A stretch of 64,000 nt of DNA from a virus, in IMG/VR virus record IMGVR_UViG_3300036831_000148, positions 64,001-128,000 of that record; one strand, 5' to 3'. A model generated the notes under the pieces. That model had not been told where the DNA came from and ran no database searches. It was given only the letters and a program-made list of their open reading frames with translations. Each line of letters opens with the position of its first letter. The stretch's first letter is position 1. Made by a program: the position numbers and the translations under genes. Below are positions 8,862 to 18,998 of the stretch, piece by piece.

Positions 8862-9838
8862 AATCCTCCTAGCTGGGCCATCAGGTACTCCTCGGCGAGG
8901 GCGGTCACGGCTTCCCCGTGGCCTCCGGCCCGGATGGCGGCGAGCACGCTCTCTACGTTTAGTACGCCCAGCGCCGCGCCGTTCACCCCCGCCAGGAAGG
9001 CGTCCAGGCTGCGCCGGGCGGTGACCTCCCGGGCGTGCTCCCGCAGCCGGAACACCTCGGACGCCGGCTTCGCCTTCAGCGGGATGAACTCGAACGACGA
9101 GGGCGACCCCAGCTCCCACAGCGCGCAGCCGACCTGCCGCTCCAGGTTGTACTCGTCCAGCGAGCCGCGCGACAGCGCCCCGAAGTTGCAGAACCGCAGC
9201 GCCGAGTCGTCGGCGGCGTAGACCCCGTGCGGCTCGTGGATGTGCCCGTACAGCAGGCCGTGGCTGAACGGGCCGTCGTCTATGCCCTGCGCCCACCACC
9301 GCGCCGGGGTGCACTCGGCGCCCGGGTAGCGCGGCTCCCGGCCCGGCGGGTAGACGGGCGCGTGGGTGACCACCAGGGACTGCCCGAACACGCCCTCGCG
9401 GAAGTCCGCGAGGCAGGCGCGCACGCGCTCCTCGCTCCACTCCTGCTGCCAGGGCACCCCGTACAGCGGCAGGTTGTCCTCGGTCCAGCCCTCCAGGCGC
9501 CGCGCGCCCGCCAGGTAGAGCACCCCGAGCGGCTGCCCGGCCTCGATCGACGCGAGGCGGTCGTGGAGGATGTCGTGGTTGCCCGGCACGATGTACAACG
9601 GGCAGGGATAGCCGTGCACCACCCTGATCAGGTCCTGCATCACCCCGTGGTCGGTGCGCGACGGGGCCTTGTGGTGCAGCACGTCGCCCGCCCAGACCAC
9701 GGCGCTCACCTCGCGGGCGGATGCGACCTCGGTCGTCTGCCAGAGCAGGTCCAGCAGGTCAGGCCAGTAAGTCTCGGTGCACGACGACGGCGGCCGACGG
9801 CTGGCGTGGATGTCGCTGACTCCCAGGATCCTCGTCAC
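8843..9838 (-). CDS. SbcD/Mre11-like metallophosphoesterase nuclease
   Basis: SDIH, AGDVLH, PGNHD, THAP, GHIH, NFGALSR. Confidence 0.88.
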   Translation of the reverse strand: MTRILGVSDIHASRRPPSSCTETYWPDLLDLLWQTTEVASAREVSAVVWAGDVLHHKAPSRTDHGVMQDLIRVVHGYPCPLYIVPGNHDILHDRLASIEAGQPLGVLYLAGARRLEGWTEDNLPLYGVPWQQEWSEERVRACLADFREGVFGQSLVVTHAPVYPPGREPRYPGAECTPARWWAQGIDDGPFSHGLLYGHIHEPHGVYAADDSALRFCNFGALSRGSLDEYNLERQVGCALWELGSPSSFEFIPLKAKPASEVFRLREHAREVTARRSLDAFLAGVNGAALGVLNVESVLAAIRAGGHGEAVTALAEEYLMAQLGGLWTAER

Positions 9839-9859
9839 GCCTGTTACTACGGCGGGCGG

Positions 9860-10867
9860 TCAGGTGGTGCTGAACGTCGCCGTCGCCCAGTCCCCGGCGT
9901 GGTGGCCGTCGGCCGCCAGCGCGCGCACCCCGGCGGTGTACTGCGCCTTCCGCGCCAGCGAGCCGCCCTGCCACGTTTCCGGGTTAGCGTCCCTGGCCAC
10001 GTAGCGCGGGTAGGACGTGATGTCCGGCCCGGCCAGGCTCGGGCCGGCCGCGACGGCGATCTCGTACTCCGCCACGGCGGGCATCGGCGCGTAGCCCGGC
10101 CGCTCAGGGGGGGAGCCCCACTCCAGTTTCACGCTGGTGTCGCCGCCCGCGGCGGTCAGCTTCTGCACCGGCAGGTAGGTCCAGTCAGCCGGCAGGGGCT
10201 TAGGGGCCGGGCTCGCCCAGGCTCGCAGCGCCGCCTCGTCGCCGTTGAAGTAGTCCGTGTCCCCGCCGCCCGCCGCGACGTGGCCGTTCTGCCAGAACGT
10301 CCACGACCGCCACGGCGCGGGCGCGATGGGGGCGGACTCGTAGTAGGCGATGAACAGCGGGTAGGCGGCGCACGCGCCGAGCAGCGCCTGCGCCATGAAC
10401 AGGTCGGTGTACAGCACCACCTGGCAGCCCGGCCCGGCGAGGGCCTTCACCTCGTTGAGGAACTCCAGGGCAGCCGGGCCGACCGACTCGGCGGACAGCC
10501 CCGGCACCCAGGCGGGGTGCAGGCCGGTGTGCGAGCGGGCGGAGGACCGGGCGGTGCCGTGCGACTCCATCCCGTCGTCGCCGATGGTGATCTCCACGTC
10601 CGCCACCAGGATGTCCCCGGCCTGCAGGCCGTGCGCCCGTACCGTCTGCATGAAGTGCTGGGCCTGGCCGACCGCCGGCAGGGCCGGGTGGAAGAAGTGG
10701 TAGGCGCCGCGGACCTTGCCGGCGGCCTTCAGGTTCGACCAGTTGGACGCGAACGTCAGGTCGGACCAGGTGGTGCCCTCGGTCGCCTTGGCGAACCCGA
10801 AGGTGTCCCCGCCCCACCCGCCGATCGCCTGGAAGCTGCTGCGGTCCTCGCCGGTGACATTGGTCAT
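9860..10867 (-). CDS. GH25 muramidase (endolysin) with C-terminal beta-sandwich domain
   Basis: DRSSFQ, KATEG, GAYHFF, DVE, VLYT, LFIAYY, WTFWQ, DTDYFNG. Confidence 0.85.
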   Translation of the reverse strand: MTNVTGEDRSSFQAIGGWGGDTFGFAKATEGTTWSDLTFASNWSNLKAAGKVRGAYHFFHPALPAVGQAQHFMQTVRAHGLQAGDILVADVEITIGDDGMESHGTARSSARSHTGLHPAWVPGLSAESVGPAALEFLNEVKALAGPGCQVVLYTDLFMAQALLGACAAYPLFIAYYESAPIAPAPWRSWTFWQNGHVAAGGGDTDYFNGDEAALRAWASPAPKPLPADWTYLPVQKLTAAGGDTSVKLEWGSPPERPGYAPMPAVAEYEIAVAAGPSLAGPDITSYPRYVARDANPETWQGGSLARKAQYTAGVRALAADGHHAGDWATATFSTT

Positions 10868-10884
10868 GAACCCCTAATCGGGGC

Positions 10885-11826
10885 CTAGGCGACCTCGCGC
10901 CCGCAGGTAGGGCACTGGCCTGCGTCGTCAAGGGCCTGGTGCACCCCGGCCAGCGCGGCCCGCTCGTCTGCGGCGGCCCGCTCAGCGGCGGCGGCGTGGC
11001 GGGCGGCACCCGCGCGGGCCTCCTCCAGGGCGCCCGCCAGGCTGCGGAGCCGGGCCGCGCGGCCGGCGAGCAGCTCCAGGTCCTCCAGGGACGGCGGCTC
11101 CCGGCGGGCGGCCTCGGCCCGCGCGGCGGCTGCAGCGGCCTGCGCCGCCTCCAGGCGGGCCCCCAGGGCGCGCAGCCGTGAGGCGGCGGCACTTGCCTCC
11201 TGCGCCCGTGCCAGGGCGCGTGCGGCCCGCTCCGCCGCCTCACGGCGCCCGCCCAGGCCCGCGAACTCCTGGACCTCCGCCAGCAGCGCGTCGTGGCGCT
11301 CGCGGGCGGCAGCCAGGTCGCGGGCCAGTTGCTTGCGGGCCCGGTTCACCTCTGCGGCGGCACCGTAAACCAGCGAGACGTTCGTCAAATCACCGAGCTT
11401 CCGCGCAATCACCGTGCCCGGCTCGGACAGCAGGAACGGCGGGTCGTGCTGTCCGGCGAAGTTCAGGTCCGACAGCGCCAGCAGGCTGGCCACCGGGCCG
11501 GGAACCTTCTTGTCCAGCTTGGTGTACCGCTCCCGGGACCACTGCCCGTCCTCGCCCAGCACGGCGGTGACGTACTCGTTCCGGCCCCGGGACGGCGAGC
11601 GGGTGACCTGGCACGCCCACGCGTCGTTGCCGGTCGCGACCGAGCAGGACGACTCCCCGGCGGTGACGTAGGACGTGCCGCGGGCATTGAACGCCAGCAG
11701 CCGCAGCGCGCGGAACAGTCCGCTCTTGCCGGCCCCGGTGGGCCCGGTAACGACGGTGAGCCTGCCCAGGGGGACGACCGCCCTGGGCAGGCTCTGGAAG
11801 TTGGTAACTTCTACCCGGCTTAGCAC
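10885..11826 (-). CDS. SbcC/Rad50-like ABC ATPase, N-terminal part ending in a Zn hook
   Basis: VTNFQS, Walker A GPTGAGKS, Q-loop FAGQHDPPFLL, coiled coil, terminal CPTCG. Confidence 0.85.
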   Translation of the reverse strand: MLSRVEVTNFQSLPRAVVPLGRLTVVTGPTGAGKSGLFRALRLLAFNARGTSYVTAGESSCSVATGNDAWACQVTRSPSRGRNEYVTAVLGEDGQWSRERYTKLDKKVPGPVASLLALSDLNFAGQHDPPFLLSEPGTVIARKLGDLTNVSLVYGAAAEVNRARKQLARDLAAARERHDALLAEVQEFAGLGGRREAAERAARALARAQEASAAASRLRALGARLEAAQAAAAAARAEAARREPPSLEDLELLAGRAARLRSLAGALEEARAGAARHAAAAERAAADERAALAGVHQALDDAGQCPTCGREVA

Positions 11827-11842
11827 ACCCGGTTATACGGCC

Positions 11843-12181
11843 TCAGCCGTCACCGCTGACGTGCACCGAGTGGCCCTCGCCGTCGCCCCCGTCGTCACCG
11901 CCGAAGAAGCCGTGCGAGGCGTGCGGGTCATCATCTACAGACTTGTAGACGGTGCGCGCGCCCTCGTCGTAGTACCCGCCCACGTGCGCGGTGTGCCACA
12001 CCGAGTAGGGCACCACCTGCGGCTGCGCCTGCCCGGCGGTGCAGAGCTCGTACTTGACGGCGCCGGCCGGGCCGGCCTGCCGCACGCAGGTGATGTTGTC
12101 CTTGGCCACCGACCGGTCGCTGAGCCAGTTGAGGCCGAACAGCAGGCCGATGGCGACAAGGGCCGCGATGAGCTTGGCCAC
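11843..12181 (-). CDS. hypothetical membrane/secreted protein
   Basis: N-terminal hydrophobic helix. Confidence 0.6.
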   Translation of the reverse strand: MAKLIAALVAIGLLFGLNWLSDRSVAKDNITCVRQAGPAGAVKYELCTAGQAQPQVVPYSVWHTAHVGGYYDEGARTVYKSVDDDPHASHGFFGGDDGGDGEGHSVHVSGDG

Positions 12182-12182
12182 G

Positions 12183-13142
12183 TCAGACTCCAGCGGCCGG
12201 GCCGGCCAGGGTCAGCCAGGCCCCGTAGCCCGCGAGGATGAAGACCAGGAACGCCCCCAGCGCGAGCACCACGACGATGCCGGTGCTGTGCACCTCGGTC
12301 ACGATCCCGTTGTCCACCAGGTACCGGACCCGGCGGCGGTACCCGGGCGGCCCGATGACGATCGAGTCCTTGAGGTTGCCCAGGGCCGACAGCGCGCCGG
12401 TGCGCTCACGCAGGATCATGTTGGCCTTGCGCGCGGCGTACAGCCACTGGATCTCGTCCGCCGGCCCCTTGCTCGCGTACTTGGCGAACAACTGGGAGCC
12501 GAGCAGGCCGAGCACGACCAGGGCCAGCTTGCCCGAGCCCGACCACTGGCCGATCTCGTGGCCGAGCATGCCCCACGAGGCTGGCGGGTTGATGCCGCCG
12601 GTCTGCAGGGCGGGGATCTTCCAGATGGCCAGTGCCCCGACGGCGATGCCGGGCAGGGCCGCGGCGAACGCCAGCAGCGGGGTGGCCGCGATGCGGTACC
12701 AGGTGTAGTCCTTGCGCACCTTGGGCGGCCTGGAGGTCAGGAAGGCGACCACCACGCCCGTCGCTACGCCGATGTAGACGTAGCGGATGTCGTGCCGGTC
12801 GGTGACCCACCACAGCGGGGCTGCCTGCCCGTTGTTGACGAAGCCGAAGAAGTTCCAGTGCAGGAGGTTGGCCAGGTGGACCGGCAGCCGGTCCCACCAG
12901 TCGCCCGGCTGGTACGACCCGTAGACCGCCACCGGCTGCCCGTGCTTGGCCTCAGTGAACAACGTGGTCTGGGTGCCGATGTAGTAGCCGGCGTCTGAAG
13001 CCCAGTGGACGATGTGGCCGAGGATGAAGCCCCACACCACGGTCTCCAGGGTGAGCCAGACGGCTTCCCCGCCCTTGGGCCGCCAGGAAACCTGCTCCGG
13101 GGCGAACTCGGCGCCGAGCTCGCGCTCAGAGGTCCCGGTCAC
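12183..13142 (-). CDS. multi-pass membrane protein
   Basis: several hydrophobic helices; coupled to neighbours. Confidence 0.7.
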   Translation of the reverse strand: MTGTSERELGAEFAPEQVSWRPKGGEAVWLTLETVVWGFILGHIVHWASDAGYYIGTQTTLFTEAKHGQPVAVYGSYQPGDWWDRLPVHLANLLHWNFFGFVNNGQAAPLWWVTDRHDIRYVYIGVATGVVVAFLTSRPPKVRKDYTWYRIAATPLLAFAAALPGIAVGALAIWKIPALQTGGINPPASWGMLGHEIGQWSGSGKLALVVLGLLGSQLFAKYASKGPADEIQWLYAARKANMILRERTGALSALGNLKDSIVIGPPGYRRRVRYLVDNGIVTEVHSTGIVVVLALGAFLVFILAGYGAWLTLAGPAAGV

Positions 13143-13561
13143 GCCTGCGCCGCCAGGATGATGCCCGGCATGGTGACGGTGAAGTACTTCACCCGGGCGG
13201 GGTGACCGCCGGACACCAGGTGGCCCTTCTCCGCCGCGCCCAGCAGTTGCGCCTCAACCTGTGGCCGCCTGGAGGCGGGGACGCCGCACTTGGCCATCAG
13301 TGCCTGCCGGCCCGCGTGCGAGCCGATGGCCTTAACAGCGGCGATCTGCCCGGCCGCCGTGACGGTCCCGCACTTGACCGAGACGCGCAGCAGGTCCTTC
13401 TTGGCCTGCTGGGCTGCTGTCGACGTGGCCTCGGCCGACACCCGGGCCGCAGCTGACGCCGCGGGCACGGTGCTCCCGTGCGGGCCGCAGGCGGCAAGCG
13501 CAGCGGCCACGGCGAGCGCCGCGAGCACCAGCCCGAAGGCTCTCCCGATTCGTGATGCCAT
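13139..13561 (-). CDS. putative lipoprotein
   Basis: signal peptide with lipobox LAAC. Confidence 0.65.
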   Translation of the reverse strand: MASRIGRAFGLVLAALAVAAALAACGPHGSTVPAASAAARVSAEATSTAAQQAKKDLLRVSVKCGTVTAAGQIAAVKAIGSHAGRQALMAKCGVPASRRPQVEAQLLGAAEKGHLVSGGHPARVKYFTVTMPGIILAAQA

Positions 13562-13575
13562 TCTTTTCTCCCGTC

Positions 13576-13815
13576 CTAATCACAGAATGGTCCTGCACTT
13601 GCTACGCCTAACCCCGCCTCCGTGCGGAAGCTGTAGCCGGGCCACTGCGCCGTGAACGTGCACCCGCACTCCGGGCACAGTTGCAGCGCCTCTTCCGGGC
13701 CCTCGTCCTCCGGGTCCTCCGGCTCCAGCCAGGTGCCCTCGAACTCGGTGCCGCACCGCCAGCCCGGGCGACCTGGGCAGGCGATGACAGCGGCGAGGAT
13801 TTTGCGCTCGTGCAC
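13576..13815 (-). CDS. small Zn-ribbon protein
   Basis: CP...C and CPECGC; promoter TTGACT-17-TAAGGT directly upstream (leaderless). Confidence 0.6.
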   Translation of the reverse strand: MHERKILAAVIACPGRPGWRCGTEFEGTWLEPEDPEDEGPEEALQLCPECGCTFTAQWPGYSFRTEAGLGVASAGPFCD

Positions 13816-13911
13816 AGGATCACCTTAGCGATTCTCTTTACTAGAGTCAAGACATGGATCGGCGGCCCCCCGGTCGCCATCGCGTCAGGGGGCCGCCGCG
13901 TCTTTCAGGGG

Positions 13912-15105
13912 TCAGGACTCGCCGGCCGGCGGCGTCCAGTCCTCGGGCAGCAGCCGGCGGCAGCCGGCGGGCAGGCTGCCGTCGCACATGCCGCCGCCCT
14001 GGTGGACGATGCCGCCGGCCAGGTCCAGCAGGCTGCGCACGGCGCGCCAGTTGGTGCCGTTCAGGTTGGCGGTCACCGAGGCGGCGTGCGCCACGTCGTA
14101 CATGGACAGGCGGCCAGGAGTGTCCTCCAGGGCCGACAGGATGCGGAACTTCAGGTCCTTGGCCACCGGGTAGTCCCGGAACAACTGGGCCAGCACCGTG
14201 TTGTAGTCCGCGTCCACCCCGGTCCGGGTGAGCACCTGCAGGCCGTTGAACGCCGCCTCCATGCCGTCCAGGCAGTAGTCGGCCGCCTCGGCCGCCCAGC
14301 CGAACACCGCCTCCGGCGTGGAGCCGCGCCGGTTGAAGCCGCCGAGGCTGCGCTCGACGTCGGTCACCCCGGCGGTGGTGGCCAGCCGGAACATGTAGCC
14401 GGACACCACCGTCTGCTTGGCCCCGATCAGCGAGTTGGACACCTCGATGCCGAAGCACCAGGCGTCGTCGTCCTCGCCGGTCCCGGCGATGACCTGCTGC
14501 GCGGCCGGGAACACCACCCGGAAGCTGGTGTGCTCCAGGTCGTGGAAGATCTTGGGGTCCACCTCCGCGCTGTCGGCGACCGCGTGCCCCAGCTTGGCGC
14601 GCACCGCCAGCAGCACCGTGTCCAGCAGGCGCACGTCGCTGAACGGGGTGATGGTGGCCCGGCACTGGGCGACCGCCAGCGGGCACTCGGTGCCGTCGGA
14701 CTCCCCGGCGGGCGCCGGGCCGCGGCCCGGCGTGCCCGACAGCAGCAGCTTCAGCTCCCGCTCGTCCAGGCCCTCCTGCAGCGCGAAGTTGACGCAGGAG
14801 GTGAGCAGGGCGGGCGGGAGGAACTCCTGGTACTTCTTGTTGAGCTTCGCCGTGGAGGCGAGCATCTGGGCGGCCTGTCGGGTGAGCTGGTAGACCTCGC
14901 CCTCCGGGGTGGTCACCCAGGCGGCGCACGGGTCGGTGAGCGATCCGTAGTCCCAGCCCTTGCCGTACTCGGCGGCCAGGCCCGGGTCCCCGGTCCAGAA
15001 CGTCGCGCAGTCCAGCGGGGCCGCGACCTCCAGTTGCCCCCGCGCCTCTTCCACGGTGAGCAGGCCGGCGGCCTTGGCGTCGAACGGAACGTCGGAGTAG
15101 TCCAT
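13912..15105 (-). CDS. DUF932-like phage protein
   Basis: GIEVSNSLIGAKQTVVSGYMFRLATTAG resembles the DUF932 core. Confidence 0.6.
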   Translation of the reverse strand: MDYSDVPFDAKAAGLLTVEEARGQLEVAAPLDCATFWTGDPGLAAEYGKGWDYGSLTDPCAAWVTTPEGEVYQLTRQAAQMLASTAKLNKKYQEFLPPALLTSCVNFALQEGLDERELKLLLSGTPGRGPAPAGESDGTECPLAVAQCRATITPFSDVRLLDTVLLAVRAKLGHAVADSAEVDPKIFHDLEHTSFRVVFPAAQQVIAGTGEDDDAWCFGIEVSNSLIGAKQTVVSGYMFRLATTAGVTDVERSLGGFNRRGSTPEAVFGWAAEAADYCLDGMEAAFNGLQVLTRTGVDADYNTVLAQLFRDYPVAKDLKFRILSALEDTPGRLSMYDVAHAASVTANLNGTNWRAVRSLLDLAGGIVHQGGGMCDGSLPAGCRRLLPEDWTPPAGES

Positions 15106-15113
15106 GGCAGCTA

Positions 15114-16136
15114 CTACGGCTCAGCCGGCGCGGGCGGTTCGGGCGCGGGGACCAGCTTGCGCTCCAGGGCCAGCGCGGTCGCCTCGTTCTCGCGCAGGAA
15201 CGTGACCGCGTTCACCTTGCCCTGGCCGATCTGGTCGCCGTCGTAGGTGTACCAGGCCCCCGACTTGCGGACCAGCCCGGCGTCCACCGCCAGGTCCAGC
15301 AGCTCCCCCTCGCGGGAGATGCCCCGGCCGTACAGCAGGTCGAACTCGGCGGTCTTGAAAGGCGGGCTCAGCTTGTTCTTCACCACCTTCACCCGCGTGC
15401 GGTTGCCGATCGCGTCGGTGCCGTCCTTCAGCGTCTCGATCCGGCGGATGTCCAGCCGGACGGAGGCGTAGAACTTCAGCGCCTTGCCGCCGGTGGTGGT
15501 CTCCGGCGAGCCGAACATCACGCCGACCTTCTCGCGGAGCTGGTTGATGAACACCAGCGTGGTCTTCGTGTCATGGGCGGCGCCGGTGATCTTGCGCAGC
15601 GCCTGGGACATCAGCCGGGCCTGCAGGCCGACGTGGCTGTCGCCCATCTCGCCTTCGATCTCCGCCCTGGGCACCAGGGCGGCCACCGAGTCGATGATGA
15701 TCATCGTCACGTCGCCCGACTTGACCAGCGTGTCAGCGATCTCCAGGGCCTGCTCGCCGGTGTCCGGCTGGGACACCAGCAGGTCGTCGGTGACCACCCC
15801 GAGCGTCGCGGCCCAGTCCGGGTCCAGGGCGTGCTCGGCGTCGATCATCGCGACCGTCCCGCCGGCCCGCTGGGCGCGCCCGGCGGCGGTGAGGGCGATG
15901 GTGGTCTTGCCGGACGACTCCGGCCCGTAGATCTCCACGACCCGGCCGCGCGGCAGGCCCCCGACGCCGAGCGCGAGGTTGACTCCGATGGAGCCGGAGT
16001 CAATGACCTCGATCGGCACCCGCGCCTCGTCGCCCAGGCGCATGATGGCGCCCTTGCCGTACTGCCGCTCGATCTGCGCGAGCGCGGCGTCCAGGCCCTT
16101 CGGCCCCGCCGAAGGCGGTGACCCTACCCTTGGCAC
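15114..16136 (-). CDS. recA: RecA recombinase
   Basis: [69 protein letters not shown]. Confidence 0.98.
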   Translation of the reverse strand: MPRVGSPPSAGPKGLDAALAQIERQYGKGAIMRLGDEARVPIEVIDSGSIGVNLALGVGGLPRGRVVEIYGPESSGKTTIALTAAGRAQRAGGTVAMIDAEHALDPDWAATLGVVTDDLLVSQPDTGEQALEIADTLVKSGDVTMIIIDSVAALVPRAEIEGEMGDSHVGLQARLMSQALRKITGAAHDTKTTLVFINQLREKVGVMFGSPETTTGGKALKFYASVRLDIRRIETLKDGTDAIGNRTRVKVVKNKLSPPFKTAEFDLLYGRGISREGELLDLAVDAGLVRKSGAWYTYDGDQIGQGKVNAVTFLRENEATALALERKLVPAPEPPAPAEP

Positions 16137-16708
16137 CAGTTACCTCCCGGGATGTGCTCCGGCCCGCAGCCGACCTCGGCCAGTTGCTTGCGGATGTCCT
16201 CGAACTCGGTCAGGTGGGCGAGGCGGATGACCGCGCCCGGGGTGTTCAGCAGGTCCCCCGGCCCGAAGCACGGCCAGAGCGACAGCATGTAGTCCGCTGG
16301 CTTGTCCGGGTCAGGCGGGACGTAGTCATCCCCGGTCACCGGGTAGCCCTTCAGGGCCATCACCCGGACTACGCGGGCGTCGTCGGCGTAGGCCCCGCCG
16401 TCCTTGAGGCCGTCACCGACCGCCCGGACCAGCTTGTCCAGGTCCGGCTTGGTGAACGGCCAGTGCGGGCGGCGCTTGGGCGCCGACAGGGGCTTCAGGC
16501 GGGTAAAGGTGACGGCCAGGACGACCGGGCCCTCCATAGGGTCCCGGCCGCCCATGACCGACACGGTCGCCGCGCGGACGTTGGCGCGCCAGTCGTTCTG
16601 GGAGCGCTCGTTGTCCTTCTTCAGCATGGGCCGGCCTGTGCTCTTGCTGATGACGGCCTTGGCGCTGCCCTGGGTGGCGGCGTTCCCGTAAACGACGACC
16701 GTGAGCAC
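16124..16708 (-). CDS. rusA: RusA-like Holliday junction resolvase
   Basis: [26 protein letters not shown]. Confidence 0.88.
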   Translation of the reverse strand: MLTVVVYGNAATQGSAKAVISKSTGRPMLKKDNERSQNDWRANVRAATVSVMGGRDPMEGPVVLAVTFTRLKPLSAPKRRPHWPFTKPDLDKLVRAVGDGLKDGGAYADDARVVRVMALKGYPVTGDDYVPPDPDKPADYMLSLWPCFGPGDLLNTPGAVIRLAHLTEFEDIRKQLAEVGCGPEHIPGGNWCQG

Positions 16709-16713
16709 GGCGG

Positions 16714-17901
16714 TTAGCTGGCCTCGTCGATGATCTGCTCGAACGTCTTGGCCCCCGGCCTGGGGCCAGCAGCAGCCGGGACAGGCTCCCGGGCCCCGCC
16801 GAACGGGTCGTCCGGCATCTCCGGCGCTCCGGCGCCAGCGGCACTCGCCGGCTGCGCGGGGGCGCCCCCGGCGAACGGGTCGTCCGCGGGGGCGGCAGGC
16901 GGGGCTGCGGCAGGCGCTGCCGCTGGAGCGGCGAACGGGTCGCCCGCGGCATCTGCCGCCTTCTCAGCGCGCTGCGCGGGCGACATGAACTCCTCGCTGC
17001 CTCCCGGGTGCTCGGCCAGCATTTCATCCAGGGTCTTGTCCAGGTCCGGCGCCGCGCCGGACACCGGGCCGGACCCGGTCGGGTCCTGCCGGGCGGTGCC
17101 CCACGTCTCAGCCTGGCGCCAGCGCCGCTCGGCGTCGCTCACGTCGCGGGTCATGTACTCGCGGTCGCCGGGGCCGAACCGGCCGCAGGCGGACTTCATC
17201 TGGTTGTCAGTCGGCCGGTTCGCCTCGTTGGCCCACAGGGCCCCGATCAGGGCGAATACCTGCTGGTCACGGTAGGCGGGGCGCATCGGGGGCTTGAAAG
17301 TCAGCCGCTGGAAGCCGCCGTCCTCGCAGTACAGCACCAAGTCGGCCTGCTTGAGGGAGATCTCGGCGTCCGGCCCGAGGTCAAGCAGCTCCCGGATGGC
17401 GCCCTTGTTCTCCATCAGCGCGTTGTACATCTTCTGGGTGAGCTTGAGGATGAACAGCGCCGCGCCGGGCGGGTCCTGGATCTCGGTGCCCGACCGGCGC
17501 CGGGGGGTGTACTTGATGACCGGCACCGCGAACCGGCGGGACGGCAGCATGTCCCGCGTGCCGCGGGCGGCGGACGCGCAGGCCGGGCAGCGGTCAGGGT
17601 CCAGGCCCTTGCCCGTGCCCTCAATGACGGCGTAGTCGCCGAGGCAGATGCGCTGGCCGACGAAAGTCAGCGCGAAGTCCTGGCCCCAGACAGTGCCGTC
17701 CTTGCGCTTCTTGTCCTCGATGACCGGCGAGCCGTCCTCGTTGATGACGGGAGCACGGATGCTGTGCACGTACTCCCACCAGATCTCGTCCTCGTTGGGG
17801 ATGGTGAACCGGGCGTACTCGCCGGTCTCCAGCTTCATCGCCGGGAACTGCTCCTCGTTGGCGGTGTCCTTGTAGTCGTCGCTCAGCCGCGCCTTTGGCA
17901 T
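16714..17901 (-). CDS. putative single-stranded DNA-binding protein (gp32-like)
   Basis: H...C...CPAC Zn ligands, acidic and Pro/Ala-rich tail with DDPF motifs; next to recA and rusA. Confidence 0.6.
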   Translation of the reverse strand: MPKARLSDDYKDTANEEQFPAMKLETGEYARFTIPNEDEIWWEYVHSIRAPVINEDGSPVIEDKKRKDGTVWGQDFALTFVGQRICLGDYAVIEGTGKGLDPDRCPACASAARGTRDMLPSRRFAVPVIKYTPRRRSGTEIQDPPGAALFILKLTQKMYNALMENKGAIRELLDLGPDAEISLKQADLVLYCEDGGFQRLTFKPPMRPAYRDQQVFALIGALWANEANRPTDNQMKSACGRFGPGDREYMTRDVSDAERRWRQAETWGTARQDPTGSGPVSGAAPDLDKTLDEMLAEHPGGSEEFMSPAQRAEKAADAAGDPFAAPAAAPAAAPPAAPADDPFAGGAPAQPASAAGAGAPEMPDDPFGGAREPVPAAAGPRPGAKTFEQIIDEAS

Positions 17902-17963
17902 CTGGTCTCCTGTTCAGGCTCCGAACTTCCCTGCCTCCTACTACGTCCGGGGCCGCCGCGCCC

Positions 17964-18125
17964 TCAGTGGTCGGAGACGAAGCGGTACGACTGGGTCTCG
18001 GTGTCGAACTCCACCCGGTCCACGTCGTACCACCAGCGCTCTACCGGGTCAGGGAGCTGCACCTTCCCGCGCCCGAACTCGTGCTGCAGGCGCTCCAGCT
18101 CCTCCAGGAGATCGTCGGAGTACAA
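17964..18125 (-). CDS. small hypothetical protein (53 aa)
   Basis: TTG start, MYSDDLLEELERLQHEFGRG...; fills the gap. Confidence 0.5.
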   Translation of the reverse strand: MYSDDLLEELERLQHEFGRGKVQLPDPVERWWYDVDRVEFDTETQSYRFVSDH

Positions 18126-18166
18126 GGCCGTTCCCTTCGCCAGCGGATTTGGCGGAGCGATCGGCG

Positions 18167-18679
18167 TCAGCGCTCCAGGTTCGTCTCCCAGGGCAGGTAG
18201 CGCAGCCGGGCGAGCAGTTCCTCGCGGACGTTGAGCAGGCCGAAGTAGGCGAGGTTCACCAGTTCCTCGGCCTCCTTGACGACCGCCAGGGCGGCCTCGG
18301 CCTGGCGGGCCGCCCGGCGGGCGGGGCTGCCCTGGGTGCGCGCCACCACCTCGCGGTCCCGGACGCTCTCGTACTCCCGGCGCATCGCCTGGCCCGACGT
18401 CTTCACCAGGGCCGCGTCGTAGGCGTCGTCGGCCTCCTCGCCGCGCCTGGCGGCTACCCGGGCAGCCATGCGGCGCCGGCGGATCATCTCAGCCCGCAGC
18501 GGCTCGGCCAGGTCCAGCCGGGCGCGCACGTCCAGCAAGGCCGCGTGCACCGCCGTGGGGTCGGCGTCGGCGGGGGGCAGGCCGACCGCGCGCAGCATGC
18601 CGATCTTCTCCACCAGCTCTCCGCACGAGGCGGCAACCGCCTCCTCGTGGCTGGTCAGGCCGTCGTCCCCGGCAGTCAC
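18167..18679 (-). CDS. coiled-coil hypothetical protein
   Basis: helical 170-aa ORF coupled to its neighbour. Confidence 0.6.
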   Translation of the reverse strand: MTAGDDGLTSHEEAVAASCGELVEKIGMLRAVGLPPADADPTAVHAALLDVRARLDLAEPLRAEMIRRRRMAARVAARRGEEADDAYDAALVKTSGQAMRREYESVRDREVVARTQGSPARRAARQAEAALAVVKEAEELVNLAYFGLLNVREELLARLRYLPWETNLER

Positions 18680-18990
18680 TCCGGCGCCGGGGGCGGCGCG
18701 TACTTGGCGAGCACGAGGTCCCGCTCGGCGCGGTGCTCGCGGACCTTGATCATGTGGCCCTGGCGGGCCGCGCTGTCCTCCGGCTCGCGCATTCCCCGGG
18801 AATGGTGCACGAAGGCCATTCCGTCGTTGTCCAGGGCCTTGTAGACATCCTGGGTGGTCATCCGGCTCGCTACTGCCACCGGGTCTTCCACCCCGCGCTC
18901 CGCCAGCATGCGCAGCAGGTCAACCTCCTGCGCCGTGACGTCAAAGCGCACCTTGCCGTAGTCCTCAGACCAGCCGTTGTTAACTTCCAT
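18676..18990 (-). CDS. hypothetical protein
   Basis: leaderless start behind the GTAGTAAC motif. Confidence 0.6.
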   Translation of the reverse strand: MEVNNGWSEDYGKVRFDVTAQEVDLLRMLAERGVEDPVAVASRMTTQDVYKALDNDGMAFVHHSRGMREPEDSAARQGHMIKVREHRAERDLVLAKYAPPPAPE

Positions 18991-18998
18991 GCCCGTTA

